From Candidatus Uhrbacteria bacterium CG10_big_fil_rev_8_21_14_0_10_50_16 (lineage in GTDB: Bacteria > Patescibacteriota > Patescibacteriia > UBA9934 > UBA11717): a stretch of DNA of 64,000 bases. Below, one piece after another: positions 9,240 through 19,903 of this stretch (positions are counted from its first letter, which is position 1; every line of letters starts with the position of its first letter). The position numbers were made by a program, and so were the translations under genes. The notes beneath the pieces are model-generated. The model worked only from the letters and a program-made list of their open reading frames with translations, was not told where the DNA came from and ran no database searches. The stretch spans positions 17,434 through 81,433 of the forward strand of contig PCYM01000006.1 in NCBI GenBank assembly GCA_002774875.1. The letters are read 5' to 3'.

Positions 9240-10748
9240 ATGTCTATTTTATCTGCAGCGATCATCGGCCTTTCCGCCGAACCGATCTATGTTGAAGTTG
9301 ATATTGCGTTTGGTCTTCGTAAATTCTTGATCGTTGGTCTGCCGGATCGTGCCGTCAATGAATCATCCGGCAGGGTAGAGGCAGCCCTGAAAAAAAGCGG
9401 TTTCCCCTTTCCCCGCTATAAAGTAACGGTCAATCTAGCTCCTGCACACTTAAAAAAAGAAGGTCCCGCGTACGACCTTCCTATTGCAATTAGCCTCCTT
9501 GCTGCACAAGGACACATACAATTACCCAAAGAACCACTGGTTATTTTGGGGGAACTTGGGCTCGATGGGTCAATCCGGCATGTTGACGGAGTGCTTCCGA
9601 TCACCGTAGAGATGAAGAGACGCGGACACAGAACCATTATTGTTCCCGCCTGTAACGCACAGGAAGCCGCTCTCGTGGACGGAATTCATGTTCTGGGTGT
9701 TAGCCACCTAAAAGATCTTGTTCTGCACCTTGAGGGGACAAAGCTTATCAAGCCAACGGTTCACGTTGTCGCACTCGACCATCAACCGATTTCCTACGCC
9801 TACGATATGGCACACGTAAAAGGGCAGGAGCGTGCAAAGCGCGCGTTAGAGATTGCCGCCGCTGGTGGTCATAATATTCTCTTATCGGGTCCACCTGGGT
9901 CTGGAAAAACATTGCTTGCACGATCGCTTCCTACGATTCTTCCTCAACTTACACTCGACGAAGCACTCGACATTACACGCATTCACTCAGTGAGCGGCGC
10001 ACTCAAAGGAATGCCCTTGGTAACACAGCGACCGTTTCAGTCCCCTCATCACACAACAAGCGGGGTGGCACTGATCGGCGGGGGCACAACACCAAAACCA
10101 GGACAGGTGAGTCTTGCACACCGTGGCGTTCTATTCTTGGATGAATTCCCAGAGTTTTCTAAGCAAGCACTCGAAAATCTTCGACAACCATTAGAGGACG
10201 GGTTTATTACTGTTTCTCGCGCGGCGGGTACGGCAGAATTCCCGGCAAAATTTATGCTCGTTGCCGCCATGAATCCGTGTCCTTGTGGGTATGCCAGTGA
10301 TCCGTTTCATCCTTGCGTGTGCACACCCACACAAATCATTCGCTATCAAAAAAAATTGTCAGGCCCCTTACTCGATCGCATTGACCTGCATTTAGAGGTT
10401 CCAAAACTTGAGATTGAAAAATTGGAGCAACTAGATGCCGGAGAAACGTCAACGGATTTTCAAAAACGCGTTCAAGCGGCACGGAATATTCAAACAAAAC
10501 GATTTGAAACAGTTGAACTTGTGACAAACGCAGACATTGGAACACGCGACATTAAAACCTATTGTCCCATGTCCAAAGAGGCAACACTTATCTTGGGAAC
10601 CGCCGCGCGATCGCTACACCTATCTGCTCGTGCCTACATTCGCATCATAAAAGTTGCACGCACGATTGCCGACATCGCCGCCGTCGATCTTATTGAGACC
10701 CCTCACATCACAGAAGCGCTTCAGTATAGAGAGCGCCTTACACCGTGA
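9240..10748 (+). CDS. comM: YifB/ComM Mg-chelatase-like AAA+ ATPase
   Basis: IVGLPDRAVNES, TVNLAPAHLKKEGPAYDLPIA, GPPGSGKT, LAHRGVLFLDEFPEF, NPCPCG, SGPLLDRID. Confidence 0.95.
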   Translation: MSILSAAIIGLSAEPIYVEVDIAFGLRKFLIVGLPDRAVNESSGRVEAALKKSGFPFPRYKVTVNLAPAHLKKEGPAYDLPIAISLLAAQGHIQLPKEPLVILGELGLDGSIRHVDGVLPITVEMKRRGHRTIIVPACNAQEAALVDGIHVLGVSHLKDLVLHLEGTKLIKPTVHVVALDHQPISYAYDMAHVKGQERAKRALEIAAAGGHNILLSGPPGSGKTLLARSLPTILPQLTLDEALDITRIHSVSGALKGMPLVTQRPFQSPHHTTSGVALIGGGTTPKPGQVSLAHRGVLFLDEFPEFSKQALENLRQPLEDGFITVSRAAGTAEFPAKFMLVAAMNPCPCGYASDPFHPCVCTPTQIIRYQKKLSGPLLDRIDLHLEVPKLEIEKLEQLDAGETSTDFQKRVQAARNIQTKRFETVELVTNADIGTRDIKTYCPMSKEATLILGTAARSLHLSARAYIRIIKVARTIADIAAVDLIETPHITEALQYRERLTP

Positions 10749-10767
10749 TTTCTACAAAAAATATTTA

Positions 10768-11166
10768 TTACGCTTGGCCCACGTAGCGCATGTACAAAAA
10801 TACAGCAATTAGCAGACCGAGCCACGCGTAAGCAAGACCATCCATGAGTTGCTGTCGCTTTTTGAATTCTGCAAAGCTATCCCATTCACCCGACTTCCAG
10901 GATAAACGGCGGCCAAATAGGAACATCGCGCCCAGGGCAACAAAACCCGCAATCGGAATTAAGGAGACAAGAAACCAAAGATATTGCCGTGTTCCCAACG
11001 CATAGGCCTGTGTCCAAAATAACCCGCCGGGAGATGGCCGTTTAAGGTAACGCTCAATCAACTCCTCCGCGGGGACCAACTCAACCGTATACCCGCAAGA
11101 TCCACAGATTTTCTGCAGCTCCTTTAGCTTCTCCAAACACTCGGGACAGGTTGCGGTTGTTTTCAT
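10768..11166 (-). CDS. Hypothetical zinc-ribbon membrane protein
   Basis: CPEC..CGSCG, TM segments, W..F..F...Q motif; TAGAAT-6nt-ATG. Confidence 0.7.
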   Translation of the reverse strand: MKTTATCPECLEKLKELQKICGSCGYTVELVPAEELIERYLKRPSPGGLFWTQAYALGTRQYLWFLVSLIPIAGFVALGAMFLFGRRLSWKSGEWDSFAEFKKRQQLMDGLAYAWLGLLIAVFLYMRYVGQA

Positions 11167-11404
11167 GTACACATTCTAGCAAATTAGCCGCCGTATGCGT
11201 ATTAGATCAGGTTCATTGTAGCCGTTATGAGTGAATCGACTCACGGCCATTCAGAATATAAAAACAATGCAAGCAGCACTATTATTCAAATAATGTCCAA
11301 AACACCAACAAAACCCGCAAAACATCGGGCGACGATCCACCTAAGCTTCAGCTATTGACAATATCTGCTCTTTTTACTACAATCTCCACACATTGAATGA
11401 ACCT

Positions 11405-11542
11405 ATGCCTAAGCGAACGTTCCAACCAAAAAAACGACATAAGATGCGTGTGCACGGCTTCCGAGCCCGAATGCGTACTGCAACAGGGCGACTCGTCTTA
11501 AAACGACGAAGAGCAAAGGGACGACTCAAATTGACCGTCTAA
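11405..11542 (+). CDS. rpmH: 50S ribosomal protein L34 (not in ORF track)
   Basis: Manual translation [45 protein letters not shown]. Confidence 0.97.
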   Translation: MPKRTFQPKKRHKMRVHGFRARMRTATGRLVLKRRRAKGRLKLTV

Positions 11543-11588
11543 ACCCGAAAGACATGCCATGTGCGTGTCTTTCTTGTATTATAGAGCT

Positions 11589-11945
11589 ATGCTCCCCTAC
11601 GATTATCGTCTCAAGAAGGAAATGGACATTAAAAAGCTCTTTTCTAAAGGAAAAGGGGTGTTTGACGTAAAGGTGGGTGCCAAGGTCCGCAAGAACGGAT
11701 TGCAGCAAACTCGGTTTGTGATCGTGGTCGGAGTAAAGGTCCACAAGCGAGCCTTCCGTCGTAATCGTATTCGTCGACGTGTTCGTGCAATTCTAGAAGC
11801 ACATTTGAGCCACATCGCCACAGACTACGACATCGCAATCATCGCGCGACCAGAGGCGCTTAAAGCCTCATATGAGGAGCTTCAAACATCCGTTCTCTCC
11901 GCGCTCAAGAAAGCCGGCGTTTTGAATGACGTTCCTATACTATGA
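11589..11945 (+). CDS. rnpA: Ribonuclease P protein component
   Basis: MLPYDYRLKKEMDI..LFSKGK, RFVIVVGVKVHKRAFRRNRIRRR (RNR motif). Confidence 0.93.
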   Translation: MLPYDYRLKKEMDIKKLFSKGKGVFDVKVGAKVRKNGLQQTRFVIVVGVKVHKRAFRRNRIRRRVRAILEAHLSHIATDYDIAIIARPEALKASYEELQTSVLSALKKAGVLNDVPIL

Positions 11946-12202
11946 GGTTTCAAAACTTTGTTTATCCACTACGGCTTCCCGTGTTGGGGATGATTCGTCT
12001 CTATCAAAAAACGCTTTCCTTTGATCATGGGCCGCTTAAAGGATTTTATCCGCATGGCTATTGTCGCTTTCATCCAACGTGCTCTGAGTATGGATATAAG
12101 TCGATTAAAAACCAGGGCATCATAGTAGGAGGTGTTAAAACGTTGTATCGTATTCTTCGCTGTAACCCGTGGAGTCGTGGGGGAGTCGATGAACCTCAAT
12201 AA
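11942..12202 (+). CDS. yidD: Membrane protein insertion efficiency factor
   Basis: YQKTLSFDHG..CRFHPTCSEY..RILRCNPWSRGGVD. Confidence 0.95.
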   Translation: MRFQNFVYPLRLPVLGMIRLYQKTLSFDHGPLKGFYPHGYCRFHPTCSEYGYKSIKNQGIIVGGVKTLYRILRCNPWSRGGVDEPQ

Positions 12203-12207
12203 ATAAG

Positions 12208-12391
12208 TTACCCTCAAGTTATCCCCATGTTGTCCGTGCCTTGTGCACGGATTTTTTGTTTCTTATTGTGCAACTATTATTTACTACAACCCCAATCTTG
12301 GCCAAAACTATCCACAGTATTCACGACTTATGCACGAATGCTGTGGACAACTTAGAGCTTATAAACAGGCTTTCTATTCAACTGTGGATAT
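12208..12391. promoter_or_regulatory. DnaA boxes upstream of dnaA (oriC1-like)
   Basis: TTACCCTCA, TTATCCCCA, CTATCCACA, TTATGCACG, TGTGGACAA, TGTGGATAT. Confidence 0.75.
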
Positions 12392-12471
12392 GTGGTATGA
12401 TTCTGTCACTCGGAAATACAGCCAGGCGCACGGCCGTTAGTCCGCTTCACGCGTATCACTCAAACAAAATT

Positions 12472-13842
12472 ATGGATACACAAGAGTTGTGGGAAACCAC
12501 ATTAGGGGAGCTTGAATTAGAGCTCTCAAAGGCAAATTTTACAACCTGGTTCAAGGACACGTTCATCACCGAGATCACACACGACCATATCGTCATTGCG
12601 GTCCCCAACAATTTCACAAAAACATGGTTAGAGAATAAATATCATAAAAGTATTCTCAAATCTCTACAGAGGGCAACAAGTGACGCCGTACGAGAAGTAA
12701 CATACAACGTAGAGGTAAAAGGATCCTCAAACGGCCCACAACCAATCCCGATTCATAATACCCAGGTTGATACATCGATTGCCTTTAGTCGTAGTGACCT
12801 GCAGGACGATCCAATCGGAAACACCCTCAATCCACGCTACACTTTTGATGCTTACATCGTCGGAAAACAAAACGAGTTTGCTCATGCTGCCGCCATGGCT
12901 GTTCCTAAAAATCTCGGAACCACCTACAACCCCCTATTTATCTACGGAGGCGTAGGACTTGGCAAAACGCATCTTTTACAAGCAATCGGGCATGAGGTTG
13001 TTCAGCTCAACCCCGGAAAGCGTGTACTCTACGTTACGAGTGAGAAGTTCACCAATGATTTTATCCAGGCCGTTAGAACCGGACGTGCGCGTGAGTTTAA
13101 AGATGTTTATAGAACCGTGGACGTGTTAATTGTGGATGATATTCAGTTTTTTAGTGGAAAAGTAGAAACACAGGAAGAGTTTTTTCACACATTCAACGCA
13201 CTTCACCAGCAGAACAAGCAGATCATCTTGTCCGCCGATCGACCACCAAAACTCATCACCGCGTTAGAAAATCGTCTTTTATCCCGTTTTGAATGGGGAA
13301 TGACGGCCGATATCAGTAGCCCCGACTATGAGACACGTGTTGCGATATTGGAGGCAAAGTGTCGAGAGCGTCAATGGAGCATGCCACAAGAGGTCATGCG
13401 CCACGTTGCGGACAATATCCAATCAAATGTTCGCGAACTTGAAGGCGCCCTTAATAAAATTATTGCGTACCATCAGTTAAAAAATCAGGTACCAACCTTG
13501 GAATCCGTTGCCCCAATTGTGCAGAGTTTTAGGCCCGTAGACATCATAAAAACGGCCACTCCGCGAGAACTTATGCATGTGGTGGCTGAGTACTATGACA
13601 TAACTATGGACGAGCTCGTTGGAAAAAGTCGAGAGAAGCGACTCGCATTTCCACGTCAAATCATTATGTATCTCTTGCGCGAGGATATGAGTTATTCCTA
13701 CCCATCAATTGGACAGGAGCTCGGCGGAAGAGACCACACGACAGCAATGCACGCCTATTCAAAAATAAAGCGCTGCCTCGAATCGGATGAGAAGCTGTGT
13801 CACGATATGGAGATCATTAAGCAGCGATTGTACGCAGCATAA
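12472..13842 (+). CDS. dnaA: Chromosomal replication initiator DnaA
   Basis: LNPRYTFD, YNPLFIYGGVGLGKTHLL, DDIQF, LLSRFEWG, NVRELEGAL, GGRDHTTAMHA. Confidence 0.99.
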   Translation: MDTQELWETTLGELELELSKANFTTWFKDTFITEITHDHIVIAVPNNFTKTWLENKYHKSILKSLQRATSDAVREVTYNVEVKGSSNGPQPIPIHNTQVDTSIAFSRSDLQDDPIGNTLNPRYTFDAYIVGKQNEFAHAAAMAVPKNLGTTYNPLFIYGGVGLGKTHLLQAIGHEVVQLNPGKRVLYVTSEKFTNDFIQAVRTGRAREFKDVYRTVDVLIVDDIQFFSGKVETQEEFFHTFNALHQQNKQIILSADRPPKLITALENRLLSRFEWGMTADISSPDYETRVAILEAKCRERQWSMPQEVMRHVADNIQSNVRELEGALNKIIAYHQLKNQVPTLESVAPIVQSFRPVDIIKTATPRELMHVVAEYYDITMDELVGKSREKRLAFPRQIIMYLLREDMSYSYPSIGQELGGRDHTTAMHAYSKIKRCLESDEKLCHDMEIIKQRLYAA

Positions 13843-14085
13843 GTCCACAGGTTTAGGGGATAACCCTGCTTATAACCCTGTAGAAAAGTATGTGTATGGG
13901 CACGTGGATAATAAGTGGATAATAGACCCGCGGGGGTGGGGACATAGTTGTTCACAGGCTGCGTCCCATCCATACACACAGTGGCTGTGCACTGAATAGA
14001 CTATTAAACATTCATTCAATAGGACTTTTCCACCCTATCCACAGCACTATTACTATTACTAGTTATATATCTATATTCATAAGAA
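13843..14085. other. oriC (dnaA-dnaN intergenic): DnaA boxes, DnaA-trios and AT-rich unwinding element
   Basis: Many boxes ending in TTTTCCACC-CTATCCACA-GCAC-TATTACTATTACTAG-TTATATATCTATA, the box + trio + DUE layout; + strand visibly shifts from C/A-rich to G/T-rich here. Confidence 0.88.
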
Positions 14086-14094
14086 CACGTAAAC

Positions 14095-15222
14095 ATGATC
14101 TTCTCGTGTACAAAAGACAATCTGCAAAAAGGACTGAATGTGGTAAGCCACATATCCAATAAACAGGTAAATCTACCTGTCTTGCAGAATGTCCATCTAA
14201 AAGCGGAGGGAGGAAGTATTGTTCTTTCGACAACGAATCTAGAAATCGCCATGCGTATTAGTATTCGAGGAAAAATTGATAAGCCGGGTGAGTTTACAGT
14301 TCCTGCAAAACTTTTTTACGACTTTGTGAGTTTGTTGCCTAATGATCGTGTGGATGTAGAGCGCGTTGATCAGCTTTTGGAGGTTCGATGTGGAGATACA
14401 GCAACAACAATGAACGGAATTGATGCTGCAGAGTTTCCACTCATTCCACAGGTGGAGACGACGGCCGTTATTAAAATGCCTGCACAACTCGTTCGCGAGG
14501 CTCTTTCTCAGGTTGCATTTGCAGTGTCACATAGCGAGGCGCGACCAGAACTTTCTGGTGTTCTCCTTAAGTTTAATGAGAAGACGCTTACCATGGCGGC
14601 AACGGATAGCTATCGTCTCTCTGAACGAAAGGTAATTCTCACCGAACCTGCACAGGATCGACAACTGATCATACCGGCAGAGACCGTGAATGAAGTAAAC
14701 CGCATGCTATCCGTGTTTAAGGATGACCCGGAAGCAGACGACGTGCTGGAATTGAGACTCTCGGATTCTCAGGCGGTTTTTGTCTATGGACCAGCAGAAT
14801 TGATTACAAGAACGATTGATGGAAATTATCCCGACTACACACAGATTATCCCCACGGTGTTTACGACGGAGGTGATTGTGGGGAGAAATGAGTTGATAAA
14901 GGCGATTAAGACTGCAAGTCTCTTTTCGCGGCAGGGCGTGTTTGATGTGATCTTGCAGATCTCTCCAGATACCAAGAAACTAACGGTTACCGCAAATGAG
15001 GTAACGCGTGGAACAAACACGGTGAGTTGTGATGCAGATATCACTGGGAAGGAAAATAAAATGACGGTTAATTTTCGCTACTTACTTGATGGTCTCAACA
15101 CAATGAGCTCGGAAGGTGTTACGTTAAAGTTAATCGATGCAATGAACCCATGTCTTGTCATGCCAAATGGTCTCCTTGAACCTGGATCGCAAACCTACAT
15201 TGTGATGCCAATTCGCCAATAA
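14095..15222 (+). CDS. dnaN: DNA polymerase III beta sliding clamp
   Basis: LPVLQNVHL, TTNLEI, RPELSGV, ATDSYRL, YPDYTQIIP, YIVMPIRQ. Confidence 0.98.
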   Translation: MIFSCTKDNLQKGLNVVSHISNKQVNLPVLQNVHLKAEGGSIVLSTTNLEIAMRISIRGKIDKPGEFTVPAKLFYDFVSLLPNDRVDVERVDQLLEVRCGDTATTMNGIDAAEFPLIPQVETTAVIKMPAQLVREALSQVAFAVSHSEARPELSGVLLKFNEKTLTMAATDSYRLSERKVILTEPAQDRQLIIPAETVNEVNRMLSVFKDDPEADDVLELRLSDSQAVFVYGPAELITRTIDGNYPDYTQIIPTVFTTEVIVGRNELIKAIKTASLFSRQGVFDVILQISPDTKKLTVTANEVTRGTNTVSCDADITGKENKMTVNFRYLLDGLNTMSSEGVTLKLIDAMNPCLVMPNGLLEPGSQTYIVMPIRQ

Positions 15223-15317
15223 AGAGATCGCCCGAGTAAGGGCGGTTTTTTTTATTGGATTTGTAGAGTGGTATACTCTTGTTTGAAACGTACGCTTTGA
15301 TTTAATCTCGTCGTTCT

Positions 15318-15848
15318 ATGTCCTACAAACGAACCGTCTCTGTCTTCCTGGGCATGGTTGTTCTGACAGGGGTTATTGTATTTGTGGGGGCTCTCTATTG
15401 GAAAAGCGCCTATATTCCATCTAAACCGCTGGAGATTGATTACAGCGCCTACGTGAGCGAGACGTCGGAGGGCGTCTATAGAAGCGAGGCTTATCGGTTT
15501 GGGTTTCAGGTTCCAACAGGATGGACCGTACAGGAATCGGGAAAACGCGTGTCGGTAATCCCATCAAGTATCGTCAGTGGGCGCGCCTTTTACATCGAGG
15601 TGACCCAATTGTCGTCTGAGGAGTATAAGGCGGCACGAGAGGCTACCAGTGAGTCTGTACGCGTGTTTGACGAGCAGACGGATGTCGCAGGATTTGATCA
15701 CACAGAGAAGTTTAAGATTAGTACAGAAATAGGAACGGACGACACGATTTTATTCATGACGTTGCCGGATCATAATCTCGTATTCAATTATCACGAGTTT
15801 AATGAGGCACATCAGGCAATCCTGCAAAGCTTTCAACTTTTTCAATGA
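15318..15848 (+). CDS. Hypothetical membrane-anchored protein (PsbP-like fold possible)
   Basis: N-terminal TM, YRSEAYRFGFQVPTGW, C-terminal ILQSFQL. Confidence 0.7.
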   Translation: MSYKRTVSVFLGMVVLTGVIVFVGALYWKSAYIPSKPLEIDYSAYVSETSEGVYRSEAYRFGFQVPTGWTVQESGKRVSVIPSSIVSGRAFYIEVTQLSSEEYKAAREATSESVRVFDEQTDVAGFDHTEKFKISTEIGTDDTILFMTLPDHNLVFNYHEFNEAHQAILQSFQLFQ

Positions 15849-15885
15849 ATAAAACACCCCTCGATGAGGGGTGTTTTTGGATACA

Positions 15886-16401
15886 TTACTTTGTACGCAC
15901 GGGATAAATCTCGATGGTCGTGTAATGCACACCAAAGTGGATTGCATCGGAATAGTTTTCCATCCAGATGTCCGCTTTGTAGTTGTAACGCGGGTTCATA
16001 CGGTCTTTGACAATAAACTCCTTATCTCCGTAGAGCTCGGGGAATTTAACACGTGTTCCCAAAGGCAAGAAGTTTGCCGCAATAAGACCGTCACGCACGT
16101 AGGTTCCGTCGGCTGTGTTAAATGGCGTTGCGTCCGTTTGGTTTGGCAACGAGTTATATGCAGATACGGGGATCTTCATAGTACGTGGGGCTTCACGATC
16201 CGCAGAGACAGGCAAAACCTGTTTCTGGGGCTGTGCAGTGATTCCGGTGACAAACTCATCCAAGACGATTTGCGCCTGAACGGTCGGTACGTTCATAGGA
16301 ATCACAGCGGAAAAGGCGTAAGAAGCCACAAGTCCCAATGTGGTGATCTTGTGCATCGATACCTTCAGCTTGATCGCAAGGTTGTTGAATAGGTTTGTCA
16401 T
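15886..16401 (-). CDS. 3D-domain (MltA-like) cell-wall protein
   Basis: SAYNSLPNQTDATPFNTADG, IAANFLPLGTRVKF, VKDRMN, ADIWM. Confidence 0.85.
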   Translation of the reverse strand: MTNLFNNLAIKLKVSMHKITTLGLVASYAFSAVIPMNVPTVQAQIVLDEFVTGITAQPQKQVLPVSADREAPRTMKIPVSAYNSLPNQTDATPFNTADGTYVRDGLIAANFLPLGTRVKFPELYGDKEFIVKDRMNPRYNYKADIWMENYSDAIHFGVHYTTIEIYPVRTK

Positions 16402-16689
16402 AAAAACCAGTGGTAATAAGAAATCTCCCTTAGCAGGAGACGTGGAACTTATATCATATTTAGGCCATTTTGTCAAGGGATTGAGGCTTATTTTCAAGAG
16501 GAGGATCTTAGAATGTCAAGATCAAATACTGTGCTAAGGTTAGTCATAAAATAAGGCGAAATTATTGGAATTATGAGAGAAACTGATCTATTCCATTTTA
16601 TCCGAAATTAACATAAGTTTCTGTTTGATTGATCGCAGACGACTGGTATCTGGTGTACAATCAGTTCATACAACCATCAACCAAATTAC

Positions 16690-19617
16690 ATGGCTGACCC
16701 ACAGTACAATCGGACGCATCGATGGAAAAAACATCGCTCAAAGCGTCAACGACGCGCGACGCAACAACACACGCGCACTTCATCTTCTCGATTTAAGCAA
16801 ACGTTTAAAACTGTGTTCTCAAAGACGTTTCTAACGAATGTTTTCCTGCTTGCGGCCGTTGCTGTTGTGGGCCTGTTTGTTTTGCTTGGAGGATTGTTCC
16901 TCTTTATGGGGGGAAGCCTGCCTGATCCAAATGCGCTACAAGATCGATCCGTTGCGCAGAGCACAAAAATTTACGATCGTACCGGCGAGCATATCTTGTT
17001 TGAGATTTATGTGGACGAAAAACGCACACTTGTTCCGTTGGACACCTTACCTAAGGATTTGGTCAACGGTGTGATCGCAACAGAGGATACCAAGTTCTAT
17101 ACGCACATGGGGATTCGGCCGTTGAGTATGGCACGCGCGGTTTTGTACGGTCTCTTGCCTAATCGTCGTGTTGAGGGAACGTCCACACTCACGCAGCAGT
17201 TGGTAAAAAATGCAATTTTGACCAACGAGCGTAGTTTTACGCGTAAGATCAAGGAAATTATTTTGTCTCTTCGACTAGAGCAGAAGTATACAAAGGATGA
17301 GATTCTCCAAATTTACTTTAATGAGATTCCTTACGGCTCCACCAACTACGGAGTGGAATCAGCGGCACAAAGTTATTTTGGAAAGCCTGCTTCGCAGATG
17401 ACGCTTGCAGAGTCAGCGACGCTTGCCGGACTACCAAAAGCACCCACTACGTATTTGAATAACCCAGATCGTTTACAGGAGCGTCGGGATTTTGTTCTGC
17501 GTCGTATGTTTGAGGAAGGGTATATTACGGAGGACGCAAAGAACGCGGCACAGGCTGAGCCGCTTGCGTTGAATCGTACGGTGGGGGACATTACCGCTCC
17601 GCACTTTGTGTTCTATGTGCGGGAATTATTGCAGTCCCAGTTTGATTATAGTGATCGCGAGATAGAAGAAGGCGGGTTGAAGGTGATTACATCCATTGAT
17701 TACGACTTACAAAAGATTGCCGAAGAGGAGGTGGCGAAGGCCGTGGCTGAGCGTGGAGAATCCTTTAATTTTAGTAACGCAGCACTCGTTGCGATTGATC
17801 CAAAGACAGGCGAGATTTTGTCGATGGTTGGAAGTCACGACTATTTTGATGAGGAGAGCGACGGTGCGGTGAATGTGGCAATCCGTGCACGACAACCTGG
17901 GTCCTCTATTAAGCCGATGGTCTATACCGCATTGTTTGAAGCAGGATACACACCAAACACCGTTCTCTACGACGTAGAAACAGATTTTCCATCTGATGTT
18001 GGGATCTATCACCCTCGCAACTATGACCTTAAAGAGCATGGGCCGGTAACCGTGCGAACTGCACTGCAGGGATCCTTGAATATTCCGGCCGTAAAAGCGC
18101 TCTATCTTGTGGGCGTGGACACGTTCTTGAATTTTGCAGAACGGATGGGTTACTCGACGTTTGCGGATCGCAGCCGATTTGGACTTGCGGTTGTTCTTGG
18201 AGGGGGAGAGGTGACGCTTCTAGATCACACAAGTGCTTTTGCAACGTTGGCGGCAGACGGCATGCAACATGAGCCGGTCTCTATTTTGCGTGTTGAGAAT
18301 TCACGTGGAGACATTCAATTTGAATGGAAACCAGTAGACGGTAAAAAGATTGTCGATGCGAATATTGCACGCATGACGACGAATGTGTTGTCCGACGACG
18401 GTGCTCGGCAATACGCGTTTGGTGCGGGCTCAGCGCTCACATTGCCAGGACGTCCAGTTGCGGCAAAGTCTGGAACGACGAATGATTACCGTGATGGTTG
18501 GCTTATGGGATACACGCCATCAATCGCAATGGGTGTCTGGGGAGGGAATAATGACAATAGCAAGATGGCACGTGGCGCAGGAGGATCCTCTGTTGCAGGG
18601 CCTATCTGGAACGCGGTTATGCGACGCTACTTGGCAGATAAACCTGTCGAATCATTTGCAGGCCCATCGATCCCAACACTTGGAAAGCCGGCGTTAGATG
18701 GTGAGATTGGTAATACACAAACATTGACGATTGATCGTGTGTCGGGCTTGCTCGCAACCGACGAGACACCGGTACGATTGCGCGAACAAAAGACGTACGT
18801 TACACATCATTCAATTCTGTATTACGTGGATCGAAAGAATATTACAGGAGCCGCACCTGGGGCGGACTCGACAGATCCGCAATATCCAAATTGGGAATCC
18901 GCGGTACAGGATTGGGTTGCACGAAAAATGGCTGAACTTGGAGAGGCCTTTGTAAATGAGCAGCCGCCGACAGAATTTGACGACGTGCATGTGGCGCGAA
19001 ACATTCCAGATGTACGGATTGAGCAACCGGCAAATGGAAACCTGGAGTCTCGGACCTTTACGGTTGAGGCGCGCGTGTCTGCTCGTCGAGAAATCTCGCG
19101 CGTAGAGGTGTATGTGGATGGCTTCTATCTTGGAGCAACGAGTAACTCGCCCTACAGAATCAATGTCACAATTCCACCGTTTATTTTGGCGGGAGAACGT
19201 GCGTTGCGCGTGGTGGCATTTGATGATGTGGAGAACGAGAGTTCTGCAACCACGGAGATTCAAATTCCAAGTGGAGATTTAGGAAGCATTCAGATTGTTG
19301 ATCCTCGACCCGGTCAGATTATCGTTGCAAAGGAACCTACCTATCCCATTCGAATTGAACTCGATAACCCAAACCTCTACCAGAAAATTGAGTATTTTGC
19401 GGGGCCGCGGACAGGATCCGGTGGATCACTTATCGGCGTGACGATCAATCCGACCAAGTTTATAGAAACGCAAACATGGACGCTCCCTGTGCCTGGCGAG
19501 TACATTGTTTCGGCACTGGTGACGCTTGTGGAAACGGGGGAGACCATCTCTGCCGGAAACGTGCTTTTGGAGGTCGAGGCTCCACCGCTCGCTCCTGCTT
19601 CTGAAGAAGGCGGATAA
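16690..19617 (+). CDS. Class A penicillin-binding protein (PBP1A family) with C-terminal Ig-like domains
   Basis: TG motifs EDTKFYTH, STLTQQLVKN, RKIKE; TP motifs SSIK, SLN, KSGT; C-terminal Big-like repeats. Confidence 0.95.
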   Translation: MADPQYNRTHRWKKHRSKRQRRATQQHTRTSSSRFKQTFKTVFSKTFLTNVFLLAAVAVVGLFVLLGGLFLFMGGSLPDPNALQDRSVAQSTKIYDRTGEHILFEIYVDEKRTLVPLDTLPKDLVNGVIATEDTKFYTHMGIRPLSMARAVLYGLLPNRRVEGTSTLTQQLVKNAILTNERSFTRKIKEIILSLRLEQKYTKDEILQIYFNEIPYGSTNYGVESAAQSYFGKPASQMTLAESATLAGLPKAPTTYLNNPDRLQERRDFVLRRMFEEGYITEDAKNAAQAEPLALNRTVGDITAPHFVFYVRELLQSQFDYSDREIEEGGLKVITSIDYDLQKIAEEEVAKAVAERGESFNFSNAALVAIDPKTGEILSMVGSHDYFDEESDGAVNVAIRARQPGSSIKPMVYTALFEAGYTPNTVLYDVETDFPSDVGIYHPRNYDLKEHGPVTVRTALQGSLNIPAVKALYLVGVDTFLNFAERMGYSTFADRSRFGLAVVLGGGEVTLLDHTSAFATLAADGMQHEPVSILRVENSRGDIQFEWKPVDGKKIVDANIARMTTNVLSDDGARQYAFGAGSALTLPGRPVAAKSGTTNDYRDGWLMGYTPSIAMGVWGGNNDNSKMARGAGGSSVAGPIWNAVMRRYLADKPVESFAGPSIPTLGKPALDGEIGNTQTLTIDRVSGLLATDETPVRLREQKTYVTHHSILYYVDRKNITGAAPGADSTDPQYPNWESAVQDWVARKMAELGEAFVNEQPPTEFDDVHVARNIPDVRIEQPANGNLESRTFTVEARVSARREISRVEVYVDGFYLGATSNSPYRINVTIPPFILAGERALRVVAFDDVENESSATTEIQIPSGDLGSIQIVDPRPGQIIVAKEPTYPIRIELDNPNLYQKIEYFAGPRTGSGGSLIGVTINPTKFIETQTWTLPVPGEYIVSALVTLVETGETISAGNVLLEVEAPPLAPASEEGG

Positions 19618-19712
19618 GTAAGAAGATAAAGCACTCAATACCGATGAGTGCTTTCTGGTTATGTTCTCTCCTGCACCTCAAAAAAAACACCGACGTTTGT
19701 CGGTCTTTTTGT

Positions 19713-19786
19713 TGGAGGCGCGAGCGGGAATCGAACCCACGATAAGGGATTTGCAGTCCCCTGCCTTACCACTTGGCTATCGCGCC
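19713..19786 (-). tRNA. tRNA-Cys(GCA)
   Basis: GGCGCGA..GGGGA-CTGCAAA-TCCCT..GTTCGATT..TCGCGCC-TCCA. Confidence 0.96.
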
Positions 19787-19903
19787 GAATCGGATGGTTA
19801 CAACGCTTCATGCGCTTGCGAGAAGGATATTATGCTAATTTATTGTCAGTGTCAATCTGTCGGCTCATCTCTTTTTATCTGACCTGCTATACTGTTCACA
19901 TCT

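Noticed and set aside
12241-12471. N-terminal extension of DnaA
   Set aside because: Region consists of DnaA boxes and promoter; homology starts at MDTQELWE (12472)
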